A stretch of 64,000 nucleotides of DNA from Dehalococcoidia bacterium (GTDB lineage: Bacteria > Chloroflexota > Dehalococcoidia > UBA2979). Shown here piece after piece: positions 43,071-52,670 of this stretch. The translations under genes were made by a program, and so were the position numbers. Numbering within the stretch: the first letter of the stretch is position 1; each line of letters begins with the position of its first letter. A model generated the notes under the pieces. It was not told the DNA's origin, did not search any database, and was given only the letters and a program-made list of their open reading frames with translations. The DNA lies in the NCBI GenBank assembly GCA_964291495.2, contig OZ219868.1, forward strand, positions 80,743 through 144,742, read 5' to 3'.

Positions 43071-44957
43071 TCATACACGCCCGCGCCACCTCGCCACAGC
43101 GAGGGCGATCAGGCCGAGCAATGTGATCGCCACTGCGGGAGCGATAGGGCCGGCCGAGCGGTCGCCCTCGGTAAGCGGGTCCTCCCTGATCAAGTCTCGT
43201 AGTTGTCGGAACGATGGCCCCCACTCGTACATGCGGGCGCCGTCGACGTAGAGACCGAGCCGGGCGTCGTAGATCACGTAGTTGGACCTCCCGTGCTCCT
43301 CCCATCTGATCCTGGTCGATCCGTCCGTGGTGTCCTTCACTTCGCCCAGCACAAGTGGCCGACCCGCCGGGACAGTGAACGTGTAAACCGTCTCGCCCAC
43401 GCGGAATGTCCGTCCCTCTTCGAGCGGCACGTTGGGGACCGCGATCGGGATGCCATCCGCCCCAGCCCGCAGCGCAACCGACTCGACGGCTTCGTAGGCG
43501 TCCCCCGCACCGGTGGTCATCCACGGCCGCACCTGGACCTGGTAACGCTGCTCGGATTGAAGGCCGGTTAGTCGATGGCTCGTGGTGTTCGCCTCACTCC
43601 CCGGGACATCCGTCCAGGACCCCCAGGCTTCCTGCTCGTCCGGTTCGTTGTACCTGTACTGCCAGCGCGTGGCGCCGGCCTTGGCTATCGTCCACTCGAG
43701 CAGGATCTCCCCCGCACCGCCGCCGGCCACCGCGGTCAACATCGCACGATCCGTCACCGGAGCGTCCCGGGCTCCAAACCACGCCGACTCGATGATCCTG
43801 TCGAACGCCTCGGAGATTTCGGGAGTGGCCGGATCCACCGTGCGGTGGTACTCCGAGCCATACCCCAACGAGAAGCCCGTCCCTGATTGACTGCCTACAT
43901 GGTCCAAGAGCAGCCAAGCGGGATAGTCGTGCCCGTAGACCTTGTACGGACCTCTGATCCTCAGTCGGATACCCGCCGGCACATCGAAGACAAAGGACGA
44001 GTCGCCGTCTCCGATCATGGACGACCTGATCAGGTAGGATCCGCTGGCCAGGATCGTGTCGTGGTCGCCGTGCAGTTCGATGGGCGGCAAGCAGTCGGCG
44101 AGACTCAAGGAGTCGGTGTCGTTGTTCGCCACGGCGCGTAACGACGGCGGGACGCAGCCCGTGAGCGCGTTCCCGCCGAGGTAGACGTGTGTCAGCCCGC
44201 TCAACTGGCTGGCTTTCGACGGAATCGCACCCGTAAGCACGTTCCCATCGAGCCGCAACTCCTGGAGACCCGTCAGGTTCCCAATCAGCCCCGAGAGTTC
44301 ACCCGTGAGGCCGCTGCCCGCCAGGCTGAGCCTCGTCACGCGCGGAGGTGTCCCTTCGACGGTGACACCCGTCCAGGTCGCCATCGATGTGGCGTGGTCC
44401 CAGTCGAGTGTTGCCGTTCCGGCCAGCGTGTCCCTGAGCCTCAGGAGCTGCACGCGGTCAGATAACAGCTCCGGGTTGCCGGGTATGGTCGTGATAGTGA
44501 GATCGCCGTACCGGTACTGTCCGTCGGTGCTGTGTCCGCCGTCGCGTGGCAGCGCGATCGCCCCTAGCGGCAGCGGGACCGAGCGGCGCCAGGGATCTCC
44601 GCAGCGGTGCGCGCAAACGGAGATTCTGTCGAGGTCTCCGGTCCACTGCCAGATCCGCAGTGTGGCGCCGGCGACCGCGAGATCGCCGTAACGGTAGTAA
44701 CGCCCGTCGTGGTACACCGGGTACGTGCTGTCGAGCGGGAAGGGAATCGTGCCCAGCGCATCCCAGTCGCCGTCTCGGGGCCGGGCGCTGACCCAGATGT
44801 CCTCGAGGTCGTCGACGTGCTGCCAGACGCGCAACTCGACGAAGACCTCGAAGGGGTCACCGTCCTGCTGAGCGGCGGCGCCAGCCGGCACGATCGCCAC
44901 GACGACTGCCGCCGCAAGCAGGGCGAGAATCGCGAGGAGCGCGCGGCGCGGAATCAT
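43071..44957 (-). CDS. Secreted, C-terminally anchored protein with plant-type leucine-rich repeats and a fibronectin type III domain
   Basis: Signal peptide MIPRRALLAILALLAAAVVVAIVPAGAAA. LRRNT-like cap (DW...TWTGVTV...RVTRLSL) and LxxLxLxxNxLTGxIP repeats. Fn3 (EILLEW...WQYRY...WTDVPGS...HRLTGL...YQVQVR). C-terminal TM followed by a basic tail. Confidence 0.85.
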   Translation of the reverse strand: MIPRRALLAILALLAAAVVVAIVPAGAAAQQDGDPFEVFVELRVWQHVDDLEDIWVSARPRDGDWDALGTIPFPLDSTYPVYHDGRYYRYGDLAVAGATLRIWQWTGDLDRISVCAHRCGDPWRRSVPLPLGAIALPRDGGHSTDGQYRYGDLTITTIPGNPELLSDRVQLLRLRDTLAGTATLDWDHATSMATWTGVTVEGTPPRVTRLSLAGSGLTGELSGLIGNLTGLQELRLDGNVLTGAIPSKASQLSGLTHVYLGGNALTGCVPPSLRAVANNDTDSLSLADCLPPIELHGDHDTILASGSYLIRSSMIGDGDSSFVFDVPAGIRLRIRGPYKVYGHDYPAWLLLDHVGSQSGTGFSLGYGSEYHRTVDPATPEISEAFDRIIESAWFGARDAPVTDRAMLTAVAGGGAGEILLEWTIAKAGATRWQYRYNEPDEQEAWGSWTDVPGSEANTTSHRLTGLQSEQRYQVQVRPWMTTGAGDAYEAVESVALRAGADGIPIAVPNVPLEEGRTFRVGETVYTFTVPAGRPLVLGEVKDTTDGSTRIRWEEHGRSNYVIYDARLGLYVDGARMYEWGPSFRQLRDLIREDPLTEGDRSAGPIAPAVAITLLGLIALAVARWRGRV

Positions 44958-45206
44958 CGGCGCGACTCCTTCCGCGGACCCGGCGGCCTGACGCACGTCC
45001 ATGCCGGACGGTCGAGACCAGGCCCGCTGTTGGTACGCAGCAGCCGTCCAATTGGATCCCGATGCGGACAGAGGACGGCGTCCGGTGGTCAGCGCCTCAG
45101 ACCACACTTTACAACCACCGTAACGGTCTCAGCGGCGTGAAGGACTCCCCGCACCCCGTCCGGTGTACCGTGTCCGCCGCGTGCAACCCGACGAAGGGAG
45201 CGAGGC

Positions 45207-46304
45207 ATGAAGGCAGCACTGCTGCGGGCGATCCATGAGCCCTTGACCATCGAGGAGATCGAGATCGCCGAGCCGAAGACCGGCGAGGTGCTCGTCCGCA
45301 TCGAGGCGAGCGGCGTCTGCCACAGCGACCTGCACCGCATCCACGGCGACTTCCCCTCGCCGCTGCCGATGGTGATGGGCCACGAGGGCTCCGGCGTCGT
45401 CGAGGCGGTCGGGCCGGGCGTCGGCAGCCCGCAGGTCGGGGATCACGTCGTGCTCAGCATCGGGCCCTACTGCAACGAGTGCCTGGCCTGCGGCGCGGGG
45501 CGCTTCAGCGACTGCCCGAAGATCGCAGCGATGCGACCCCTCGGCGCGCTCTTCGACGGCACCAGCCGGCTCAGCAAGGGCGACGAGCGGATCAGCAACC
45601 AGTCCTTCGTCTCCTCCTTCGCCGAGTACACCGTCGTCCCCGCCACCGGCGCGATCCCCGTGCGCAAGGACGCTCCGCTCGACACGATCGCGCTCGTCGG
45701 CTGTGGCGTCACGACGGGCGTCGCCGCCGTCTTCAACGACGCGCAGGTCGCGCCTGGCGATCGCGTCGCCGTCTTCGGCTGCGGCGGCGTCGGCCTCAAC
45801 GCCGTGCAGGCGGCCGCCCTCGCGGGCGCGGAGCTGGTGATCGGCGTCGACCTGCTCGACTCGAAGCTGGAACTCGCGAAGGAGTTCGGCGCGACGCACA
45901 CCGTCAACGCCTCCGAGGGCGACCCGGTCGCGCAGGTCCGCGAGCTGACGCGCATCGGCGTCGATCACGCCTTCGAGGTGATCGGCATCCCCGCCGTGGT
46001 GTTGCAGGGGATGGCCTCGCTCAAGCCGGGCGGCAAGATGTGGGTGCTCGGCGTGCTGCCGGCCGACGCGGTGCTCGAGATCCCGTGGTGGCAGCTGATG
46101 GCGGGACGCCAGGGGTTGCAGTTCAGCGGCTTCGGCGCAGCCAACCCGCGCGCCGACATCCCGCGCATCGTCGACCTCTACATGGCGGGCAAGCTCAAGC
46201 TCGACGAGCTGATCACCGAGCGGCTCCCGCTGGAGCGGATCAACGAGGCCTTCGACCTGATGGAGCGCGGCGAGGTCGCCCGCACGCTGGTCTACCCTCG
46301 CTAG
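45207..46304 (+). CDS. Zn-dependent alcohol dehydrogenase (MDR family)
   Basis: GVCHSD, GHEGSG, structural Zn C-x2-C-x2-C-x7-C, GCGVTTG and GCGGVG. Confidence 0.95.
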   Translation: MKAALLRAIHEPLTIEEIEIAEPKTGEVLVRIEASGVCHSDLHRIHGDFPSPLPMVMGHEGSGVVEAVGPGVGSPQVGDHVVLSIGPYCNECLACGAGRFSDCPKIAAMRPLGALFDGTSRLSKGDERISNQSFVSSFAEYTVVPATGAIPVRKDAPLDTIALVGCGVTTGVAAVFNDAQVAPGDRVAVFGCGGVGLNAVQAAALAGAELVIGVDLLDSKLELAKEFGATHTVNASEGDPVAQVRELTRIGVDHAFEVIGIPAVVLQGMASLKPGGKMWVLGVLPADAVLEIPWWQLMAGRQGLQFSGFGAANPRADIPRIVDLYMAGKLKLDELITERLPLERINEAFDLMERGEVARTLVYPR

Positions 46305-46311
46305 CCGCGGC

Positions 46312-46821
46312 TTACCCCTCGGTCGAGTCGAGGTAGTCGAGGACGAGGCGCAGCGCCGCGGCGGCGGCGCGCTGTTTCGTCTCCTCGCGATCGCCGGGGA
46401 ACATCCGGCGCTCGGCGCGCTCGAAGTCCTCGGCGACGAGCGCGATGTAGTAGAGGCCTGCCGGGCGCTCGGGGTTGGCGCGCTCCGGCGGCAGGGCGCT
46501 CGCCATGCCGGTCTCGGCGAGGGCGAGGTCCGCACCGAACGCCGCCCGCGCCCCGTGCGCCATCGCCAGCGCCGTCTCGGCGGAGACGGAGCCGTGCGCC
46601 TCGAGGGTGGAAGCGGGGACGCCGAGCAGCGCCTGCTTCGGCGGGTTCGCGTAGGCGGTGATCCCGCCGGGGAAGACGCGCGAGGCGCCGTGTACGTCGG
46701 TCAGCGCGTGCCCGATCAGTCCGCCGACGGTCGACTCGGCCGTCGCGAGGCGCAGGCCGCGCGCGGTCATGCGCTCGACGACCTCGCGAGCGGCGGCGGT
46801 GGTCTCCTCAGCGAGTGTCAT
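46312..46821 (-). CDS. pncC: CinA C-terminal domain / NMN deamidase-like protein
   Basis: LATAESTVGG, GASRVFPGGITAYANPPKQALLGV, HGSVSAETALAMA and GDRE. ATG 46821 overlaps the S9 peptidase stop (ATGA). Confidence 0.82.
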   Translation of the reverse strand: MTLAEETTAAAREVVERMTARGLRLATAESTVGGLIGHALTDVHGASRVFPGGITAYANPPKQALLGVPASTLEAHGSVSAETALAMAHGARAAFGADLALAETGMASALPPERANPERPAGLYYIALVAEDFERAERRMFPGDREETKQRAAAAALRLVLDYLDSTEG

Positions 46822-48785
46822 GGCGTCAGCCATCTCTGGAGCCAGGCGACGGAGCGGTCGTAGTACTCCTTGCGCAGGGCCGCGTGGCCGCCGCGCAGGA
46901 AGAGGTGAGAGCAGCCGGGGAAGCGCGCGAACTCGACCGTCTTGCCACGCCGCTTGAGCGCCACGTACAGCTCCTCGGACTGCGAGATCGGCACGCGGAT
47001 GTCGTCCTCCCCGTGGAGCAGCAGCACGGGCGTGGTCACGCGGTCGGCGTAGGTGAGCGGGGACCGCTCGACATAATGGTCGGAGTTCTCCTGCGGCAGC
47101 CCGCCCCACTGGCGCTCGCCGAACGATACGGCAATGTCGGTCTGCCCGTACATCGAGACGAGGTTCGTGACGGGCGCGCCGATCACCGCCGCTCGGAATC
47201 GCTCGTCGTGCCCAACGATCCAGCTGCTCATGTAGCCGCCGTAGGAGTAGCCGTGCAGCCCCAGCCGCTGCTCGTCGACGTAGGGGCGGCGGCAGGCGGC
47301 GTCGACGGCGGCGAGCAGATCGAGATAGTCCGCGCCACCCCAGTCCTCGAAGACCTGCGCGGTGAAGTCCGCCCCGTAGCTGCTGGAGCCTCGAGGGTTG
47401 ACCGCGAGCACGAGGAAGCCCGCGCCCGCGAGGACCTGGTGCAGCGGGCTGAAGCCGTCGCCGTGGAAGGCGTTCGGCCCGCCGTGGATCTCGAGGACCA
47501 GCGGGTAGCGCCGCGAGGCATCGAAGTCCGGCGGATGCACGAGCCGCGCCTCGATGGACTCGCCGGCGCGGCGTACGCGGGAGCGCTCGGTCCGGCCCGG
47601 CGGATGCGCCGCGAGGTAATCCGCGCCGGCGCGCGTAACCGCGCGACCGCGCCCGGCGCGCAGGTCGAGCGTCCGAACCTGCGGCGCGGCCCTCGGGCTT
47701 GATGCGACGAAGGCGAGCCGGTCGCCCTCGTCGTTCGCGTCGAGGCCGCCGATGATCTCACGGCGCGCGCGCACGGCCTCGACCTCGCCCGAGGGTGTCA
47801 CCGCGTAGATGCCGGACGAGCCGGCCGCGTCGGCCAGGAACAGCACGCGACCGTCGCGCCAGACGAGCGGCGGCGCGGGGGCAATCGGGAAGAAGCCGGT
47901 CTGCGGGTCGATCGAGTCGTCGGTGAGGCGGCGGCACTCGCCCGAGGCGAGGTCGAGCAGGTGGACGTAGCGCTGCCAGGTGTTGTCCTCGGGCGCGCCG
48001 ACGAAGGCGATCTGCTCCTCGCCCGGCTCGCGCCCCGGCCGCCAGGCGATGCCGCCGACAGCGACGACGTCGCGCGCAAACCGCTGCACGCGGCCGCCCT
48101 CGGCGGGCATCACGCACAGCTCGGCGCCCCATGGCGCCCGTTCGTGCCGCTTGCGCGAGCGGTCCGAGGCGAAGGCCAGCGCCGCGCCGTCCGGTGAGAC
48201 GGCGAGCGCGCGGTGCTGGAAGTCGCCGCGCGTCAACCGCCGCGCGCGCCCGCGTGCCGCGGGTACGGCGAAGATCTGCCGCCGCGTCCGGCCGCGCCAG
48301 CCGATCGTGTCGCCTCGGTAGTAGATCTCGTGCACCTCGCGCACGCGCGGCAGCGGCGGATCGCGTTCCTCCGAGGCTGGCAAGGCGTCGGGATCGACGT
48401 CGCTGGTGCAGTAGAGCGTCGCGCCGTCCGGGGACCAGACGAATTCGGCGACGCCCCCGCGCAGCGACGTGCGCGCGCTCGCCTCACCGCCGTCCGCCGG
48501 CTGCAGCCAGATCTGCGCGGGTCCGTCCTCCTCGCGGCGAAGGAAGGCGAGCGTACTGCCGTCGGGCGACCAGCGTGGCGAACCGTCGCGCGGCCCCTCG
48601 GTGAGTCGGCGCGCCGCGCCGCCGCCGAACGGGACGCCCTCGATGTGCGACTCGGTCGCCAGCGTCGCGTGGTCGACGCGGGTGAGGACGTAGGCGATAG
48701 CGCCGTCACCCGGCCGGATGGCGGGTGAACCGGCGGAGGGCATGTCGAGCACGAAGCTGCTGTCGAACGGGCGGGGCTGCGGCAC
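46818..48785 (-). CDS. S9-family (prolyl oligopeptidase/acylaminoacyl peptidase-like) serine peptidase
   Basis: Beta-propeller WSPDG repeats, IHGGP, VNPRGSSSYG, nucleophile GYSYGG, HGEDDIRV and FPGCSH. GTG 48785 has a GGAGGAG SD (alternative ATG 48815). Confidence 0.93.
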   Translation of the reverse strand: MPQPRPFDSSFVLDMPSAGSPAIRPGDGAIAYVLTRVDHATLATESHIEGVPFGGGAARRLTEGPRDGSPRWSPDGSTLAFLRREEDGPAQIWLQPADGGEASARTSLRGGVAEFVWSPDGATLYCTSDVDPDALPASEERDPPLPRVREVHEIYYRGDTIGWRGRTRRQIFAVPAARGRARRLTRGDFQHRALAVSPDGAALAFASDRSRKRHERAPWGAELCVMPAEGGRVQRFARDVVAVGGIAWRPGREPGEEQIAFVGAPEDNTWQRYVHLLDLASGECRRLTDDSIDPQTGFFPIAPAPPLVWRDGRVLFLADAAGSSGIYAVTPSGEVEAVRARREIIGGLDANDEGDRLAFVASSPRAAPQVRTLDLRAGRGRAVTRAGADYLAAHPPGRTERSRVRRAGESIEARLVHPPDFDASRRYPLVLEIHGGPNAFHGDGFSPLHQVLAGAGFLVLAVNPRGSSSYGADFTAQVFEDWGGADYLDLLAAVDAACRRPYVDEQRLGLHGYSYGGYMSSWIVGHDERFRAAVIGAPVTNLVSMYGQTDIAVSFGERQWGGLPQENSDHYVERSPLTYADRVTTPVLLLHGEDDIRVPISQSEELYVALKRRGKTVEFARFPGCSHLFLRGGHAALRKEYYDRSVAWLQRWLTP

Positions 48786-48867
48786 GGGGCTCTCCTCCGA
48801 TGCAGCGAGGGCCATGCTACGCGGCGCGGTGGCGTTGGACCGTGCCTTCGTCCGCTCGGGGGCCGGG

Positions 48868-50061
48868 CTATGGCTCGGGTTCCGCCTCGCGACTGTCCCG
48901 TCTTCGTTCGTCCGCCTCGGCCTCGAGCTGAGCGATCGCGCCGAGGTAGACCACGCGCACGGCGCACGCCTGCCGGACCTCGCCGACGATGTCCTCGAAG
49001 AACTCGTCGCGGAACTCCCGGTTCGTCAGCACGCTGATCGTGAAGTAGAAGCCCGAGAAGGCTGCCAGGAAGATGGCCACCCGGAGCAACTCTCCGGTCA
49101 CCACTGCTCCCGGCGGCCAGCCCAGCTCGGCCAGGATCCGCGGCTCACCCTCGATCCAGGCGGCGATGACGCCCGCGTCCAGGGCGAGAACGCCGAAGAC
49201 GAGGAAGAACGCTCCCACGATCATGCTGGCGGAGAGGACTTGCAGCGACAGGTTGAAGAGCACGACGATGCTCGCGTTCGTTCGCTGGCCCCTGCGCAAC
49301 GGCGCGTCGAGGTCGAGCGCGTCCTCGCGGAGCGCAAGCCCCTCGACCGGCGTTCCTCGCACGAGTTCGGTCACTCGCCCGGCGCTTGCGAAGCGCTCGA
49401 TCTGACCGATCTCGGCGGGCAGGCGGAAGATCACGAAGACGACGGTCACCAGCGCGAACAGCCACATCACCAGCCAGAAGCGCGCGCCCTCGAGCGTGCC
49501 TGCCATGCCCCACAGCTCCGCGTTGATGAAGAGGAACGTCACGATCAGGAGCAGCAGCGGCAGTGCCCGCGCGAACAGACCCACGACGCTGGCGGCGTTG
49601 CGAATGACGAGCCACCCTGCCCAGCGCAGGATCGGCAGCAGGGCGAAGCTCACCGTGACATACACGATCCCCAGGATCAGCGCGTTCACCACCACCAGGA
49701 ACGGCGCCACCTCCCAGTCGCCCTCGAAGACGGCCGCGACTATCGAGGGCGCCAGCAGGAAGACGACCAGCTCCACGGCGCCGACCCGTTCGGGCAGCGC
49801 CCGCAGCGGGCGCCCTCGCAGGTAGTTGATGCCCGCCCAGGTCGCCCCCAGCGCCGCGCAGGCGCCCGCCACGAACGGCACGTTGATCCACCAGGCCCAC
49901 GCCGGGTTGAACACCAGGGTTACTTCGAAGACCGCCGTGAGTATGAGGAACGGCAGCGCCTTCGTGAGCACGTCGCGACGGGCGCTGTAGTCCTCGATGA
50001 AGTGCGGAATGCCGCGCCTGCGGAACCACTTCTCGGTCGCTGCGAGCGTGTCGTTGGTCAT
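48868..50061 (-). CDS. Integral membrane protein of unknown function
   Basis: Multiple TM helices with conserved-looking EKWFRRRGIPHFI, RALPLLLLIVTFLFINAELW and FSGFYFTI. Confidence 0.8.
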   Translation of the reverse strand: MTNDTLAATEKWFRRRGIPHFIEDYSARRDVLTKALPFLILTAVFEVTLVFNPAWAWWINVPFVAGACAALGATWAGINYLRGRPLRALPERVGAVELVVFLLAPSIVAAVFEGDWEVAPFLVVVNALILGIVYVTVSFALLPILRWAGWLVIRNAASVVGLFARALPLLLLIVTFLFINAELWGMAGTLEGARFWLVMWLFALVTVVFVIFRLPAEIGQIERFASAGRVTELVRGTPVEGLALREDALDLDAPLRRGQRTNASIVVLFNLSLQVLSASMIVGAFFLVFGVLALDAGVIAAWIEGEPRILAELGWPPGAVVTGELLRVAIFLAAFSGFYFTISVLTNREFRDEFFEDIVGEVRQACAVRVVYLGAIAQLEAEADERRRDSREAEPEP

Positions 50062-50246
50062 CCGCGAGGCGCCTGACTGTCGCTACCCGGTCGGCAGTTG
50101 GCGGGCACGGCCGCAGTGTAGCCGCCCCCGCTCGCCTCGGTGCCCCGCCGCCGGACGGCGGGCGCTCGACCTGCGACTCGTTCGGCGGCCACCTTGACCG
50201 CGGCGCGGCAGCATTGGACGGTGCTGCCGCGAGCCGGAGGAACTCG

Positions 50247-52448
50247 ATGGGCATAGCGTCTCAACCGGACCGCCCGATGCTCCTCGCCGGGCGCACCGCC
50301 ACGGTCGAGTGGGTCTCGCTGCTGCTGCGCCGCGCCGGACGCGCGGTGCGTCTGCTCGAGCAAGCCGGCGAGGGCGTCACGGTCCGCGCCGCCTGGAGCG
50401 AGAACGGCGAAGGTGCGGCCGAGTCCTTCGCCTCGACCCCGGATGCCGTTGCGGACCTCGGCGCCTCGGCGCTGTTCATCGACTTCGACGATCGCGCGGG
50501 CTGGCCGGACGGCGCGCTGCCGGACGGGCTGCCCTGCCCCGCGGTCGTGATCTCGGCCTTTGGGCGCGAGCGCGACGCGCCGAGGGGCGACAACCTCACC
50601 GTCTCGGCCGCCTCGGGCGTGCTCCACCTCACCGGGGCCTCGGGCGACCCGGAGGGCCGACCGCTGGTGCTGCACGAGCACCAGACCGAGACGATCGCCG
50701 GCTCCTACGCCGCGATGGCGCTGTTGCTCGCCTCGGCGCACGGCCGCGCGGGCCAGCTGATCGAGCTGACGAAGCACGAGTGCTTCTCGATCTGCGCCGC
50801 CGGCGAGGTCGTGAAGTGGACCTACGCCGGCCTCTCGCCGACCCGGCTCGGCTCGGCGTTGTTCCAGCCGATGGAGGTGATGAGCGCCTCGGACGGCGAC
50901 CTCTTTGTCCTCTGCACGAGCGAAGAGCAGTGGCAGCGCCTGATGCACGAGATGGGCGACCCGGAGTGGGCGAGTTGGGAGATCTTCGCCCACCGGGGCC
51001 TGCGAGGAGAGAACTGGGACGTCCTCGAACCGCGGCTCGCACCGTGGTTCGCCACGCGCAGCTGCGACGACCTGATGGACCTCGCGCTGCGCGAGCGGCT
51101 GCCGTTCGCATTCGCCCTCGCGCCGCCCGGGGTCGCGGAGCTGGAGGAGGAGCTGTCCGGCAGCCGCGACGTGCGCGACTGGCTCTACCGCTCGACCCCC
51201 TCCCCGGCGTCGGAGGCGCCCTCGCGGGCCGAGGCCGCCGCCGACCTCGCCCGTCCGCTCGAGGGCGTCACGGTGCTCGATCTCAGCACTGTCTGGGCGA
51301 CGCCGCTCAGCACCGCACAGCTCGCGCACCTCGGGGCGCGCGTGATCAAGGTCGAGTCGCAGAACCGCCTCGACCACACGCGCTCGCGCATCGGCGAGCT
51401 CTCGCTGCCCGACATCGATCTGCCGGAGTGGGATCGCAAGGGCTCGTTCCGCGAGACGAACCAGGGCAAGGAGAGCGCCACGGTCAACCTCGGAACCTCC
51501 GAGGGGCAACGGCTGTTCCGCGAGCTGGCGGCGCAGGCGGACATCGTCGTCTCCAACTTCACGCCCGGCGTCGCGGAGCGCCTCGGGCTCTCGGCGGAGG
51601 CGCTGTGGGAGGCGAACCCAGGCCTGATCATCGGCAGGCTTTCCGCCTACCACCCGGACAGCCGGCTGTCGCGCCTCGTCGGCTTCGGCTACGCGATGCT
51701 GCTCGCCTGCGGATTCGGCTATCAGGGCGAGGGCGAGCCGTGGATCGACCGCAGCATCGCCTACCCCGACCCGCAGGCCGGCTTCGTGCTCGCCTTCGCG
51801 ATGATCGACGCGCTCCAGCAGCGCGCGCGCAGCGGGCGCGGCGCGCTGATCGAGGTCGACCTGTTCGGCCCCTCGGCGGCGCTGCACCGCTACCTCGGAA
51901 GCAACTACCCGCCAAGTGACGGCGACCGCGAGCCGCTCGACGCCAGCCGCGGCTTCAAGTTGGCCGTGCCCGCGTTCAGCGAGTGCCTGCCCTGCCTCCA
52001 CGAGGAGTGGGTCGCCGTCGTCTGCGTGTCGCCCGAGGAGGTCGAGCGCCTCGCGGGCGCCCTCGACGCGGACGGCCCTTCGGCGGGGGAGACGCCGCGC
52101 GAACTGGCGAGGCGGCTGGGCGAGGTCAGTCTCCAGCGCGAGGCGCAACAACTGGAGGCGCTGCTGCGCGACCGCGGCCTCGCCGCGCAGCGCGTGCTCG
52201 ACCTGCGCCAGCTCGTGCGCGAGGCCGGGCTGACTTCCGCCGCCCACGCCTCGAGCGGCCTGTTCCGCGTGCCCGAGGGTGAGCGCCACATCCAGGCCGC
52301 CAGCCCCTGGGTGCTCGACGGCAAGCGCTACGACTCCAACCGCCGCGCTCCACGGCTCGGCGAGCACACGGCGGGCGTGCTCGGCGAGCTCGCCGGCCTC
52401 GCAGCGGACGCGATCGCCGACCTCGAGGCGCGCGAGGTGGCGTGGTAG
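50247..52448 (+). CDS. Family III CoA-transferase (CaiB/BaiF), two-domain fusion
   Basis: The C-terminal half has PLEGVTVLDLS, LAHLGARVIKVES, NQGKES, ADIVVSNFTPG, catalytic YPD and APRLGEHT. The N-terminal half is a degenerate second copy. ATG 50247 follows GGAGG. Confidence 0.88.
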   Translation: MGIASQPDRPMLLAGRTATVEWVSLLLRRAGRAVRLLEQAGEGVTVRAAWSENGEGAAESFASTPDAVADLGASALFIDFDDRAGWPDGALPDGLPCPAVVISAFGRERDAPRGDNLTVSAASGVLHLTGASGDPEGRPLVLHEHQTETIAGSYAAMALLLASAHGRAGQLIELTKHECFSICAAGEVVKWTYAGLSPTRLGSALFQPMEVMSASDGDLFVLCTSEEQWQRLMHEMGDPEWASWEIFAHRGLRGENWDVLEPRLAPWFATRSCDDLMDLALRERLPFAFALAPPGVAELEEELSGSRDVRDWLYRSTPSPASEAPSRAEAAADLARPLEGVTVLDLSTVWATPLSTAQLAHLGARVIKVESQNRLDHTRSRIGELSLPDIDLPEWDRKGSFRETNQGKESATVNLGTSEGQRLFRELAAQADIVVSNFTPGVAERLGLSAEALWEANPGLIIGRLSAYHPDSRLSRLVGFGYAMLLACGFGYQGEGEPWIDRSIAYPDPQAGFVLAFAMIDALQQRARSGRGALIEVDLFGPSAALHRYLGSNYPPSDGDREPLDASRGFKLAVPAFSECLPCLHEEWVAVVCVSPEEVERLAGALDADGPSAGETPRELARRLGEVSLQREAQQLEALLRDRGLAAQRVLDLRQLVREAGLTSAAHASSGLFRVPEGERHIQAASPWVLDGKRYDSNRRAPRLGEHTAGVLGELAGLAADAIADLEAREVAW

Positions 52449-52592
52449 GCGGCTGACGGGGCTTGGGGGCGGAGCGGCGGCGGGCTTGAGGGTTGTAACT
52501 GGCTAGGCTTCGGGTGAATGCGCGAGACGAGCAACAGAGCCGACGTTGTCGGTCCTGGCGAGGCAGGACACACTCCGTTGCGGATGATGGCG

Positions 52593-52628
52593 CATATGGT
52601 TTATCGAGAGCATATAGTTCATCGAGAG
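52593..52628. repeat. 18-bp AT-rich tandem direct repeat upstream of the decarboxylase; candidate operator
   Basis: CATATGGTTTATCGAGAG / CATATAGTTCATCGAGAG (16 of 18 identical). Confidence 0.65.
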
Positions 52629-52670
52629 GTGGCGTAGATGGCCCGCGATGAACCACAAGGAGACACAACA

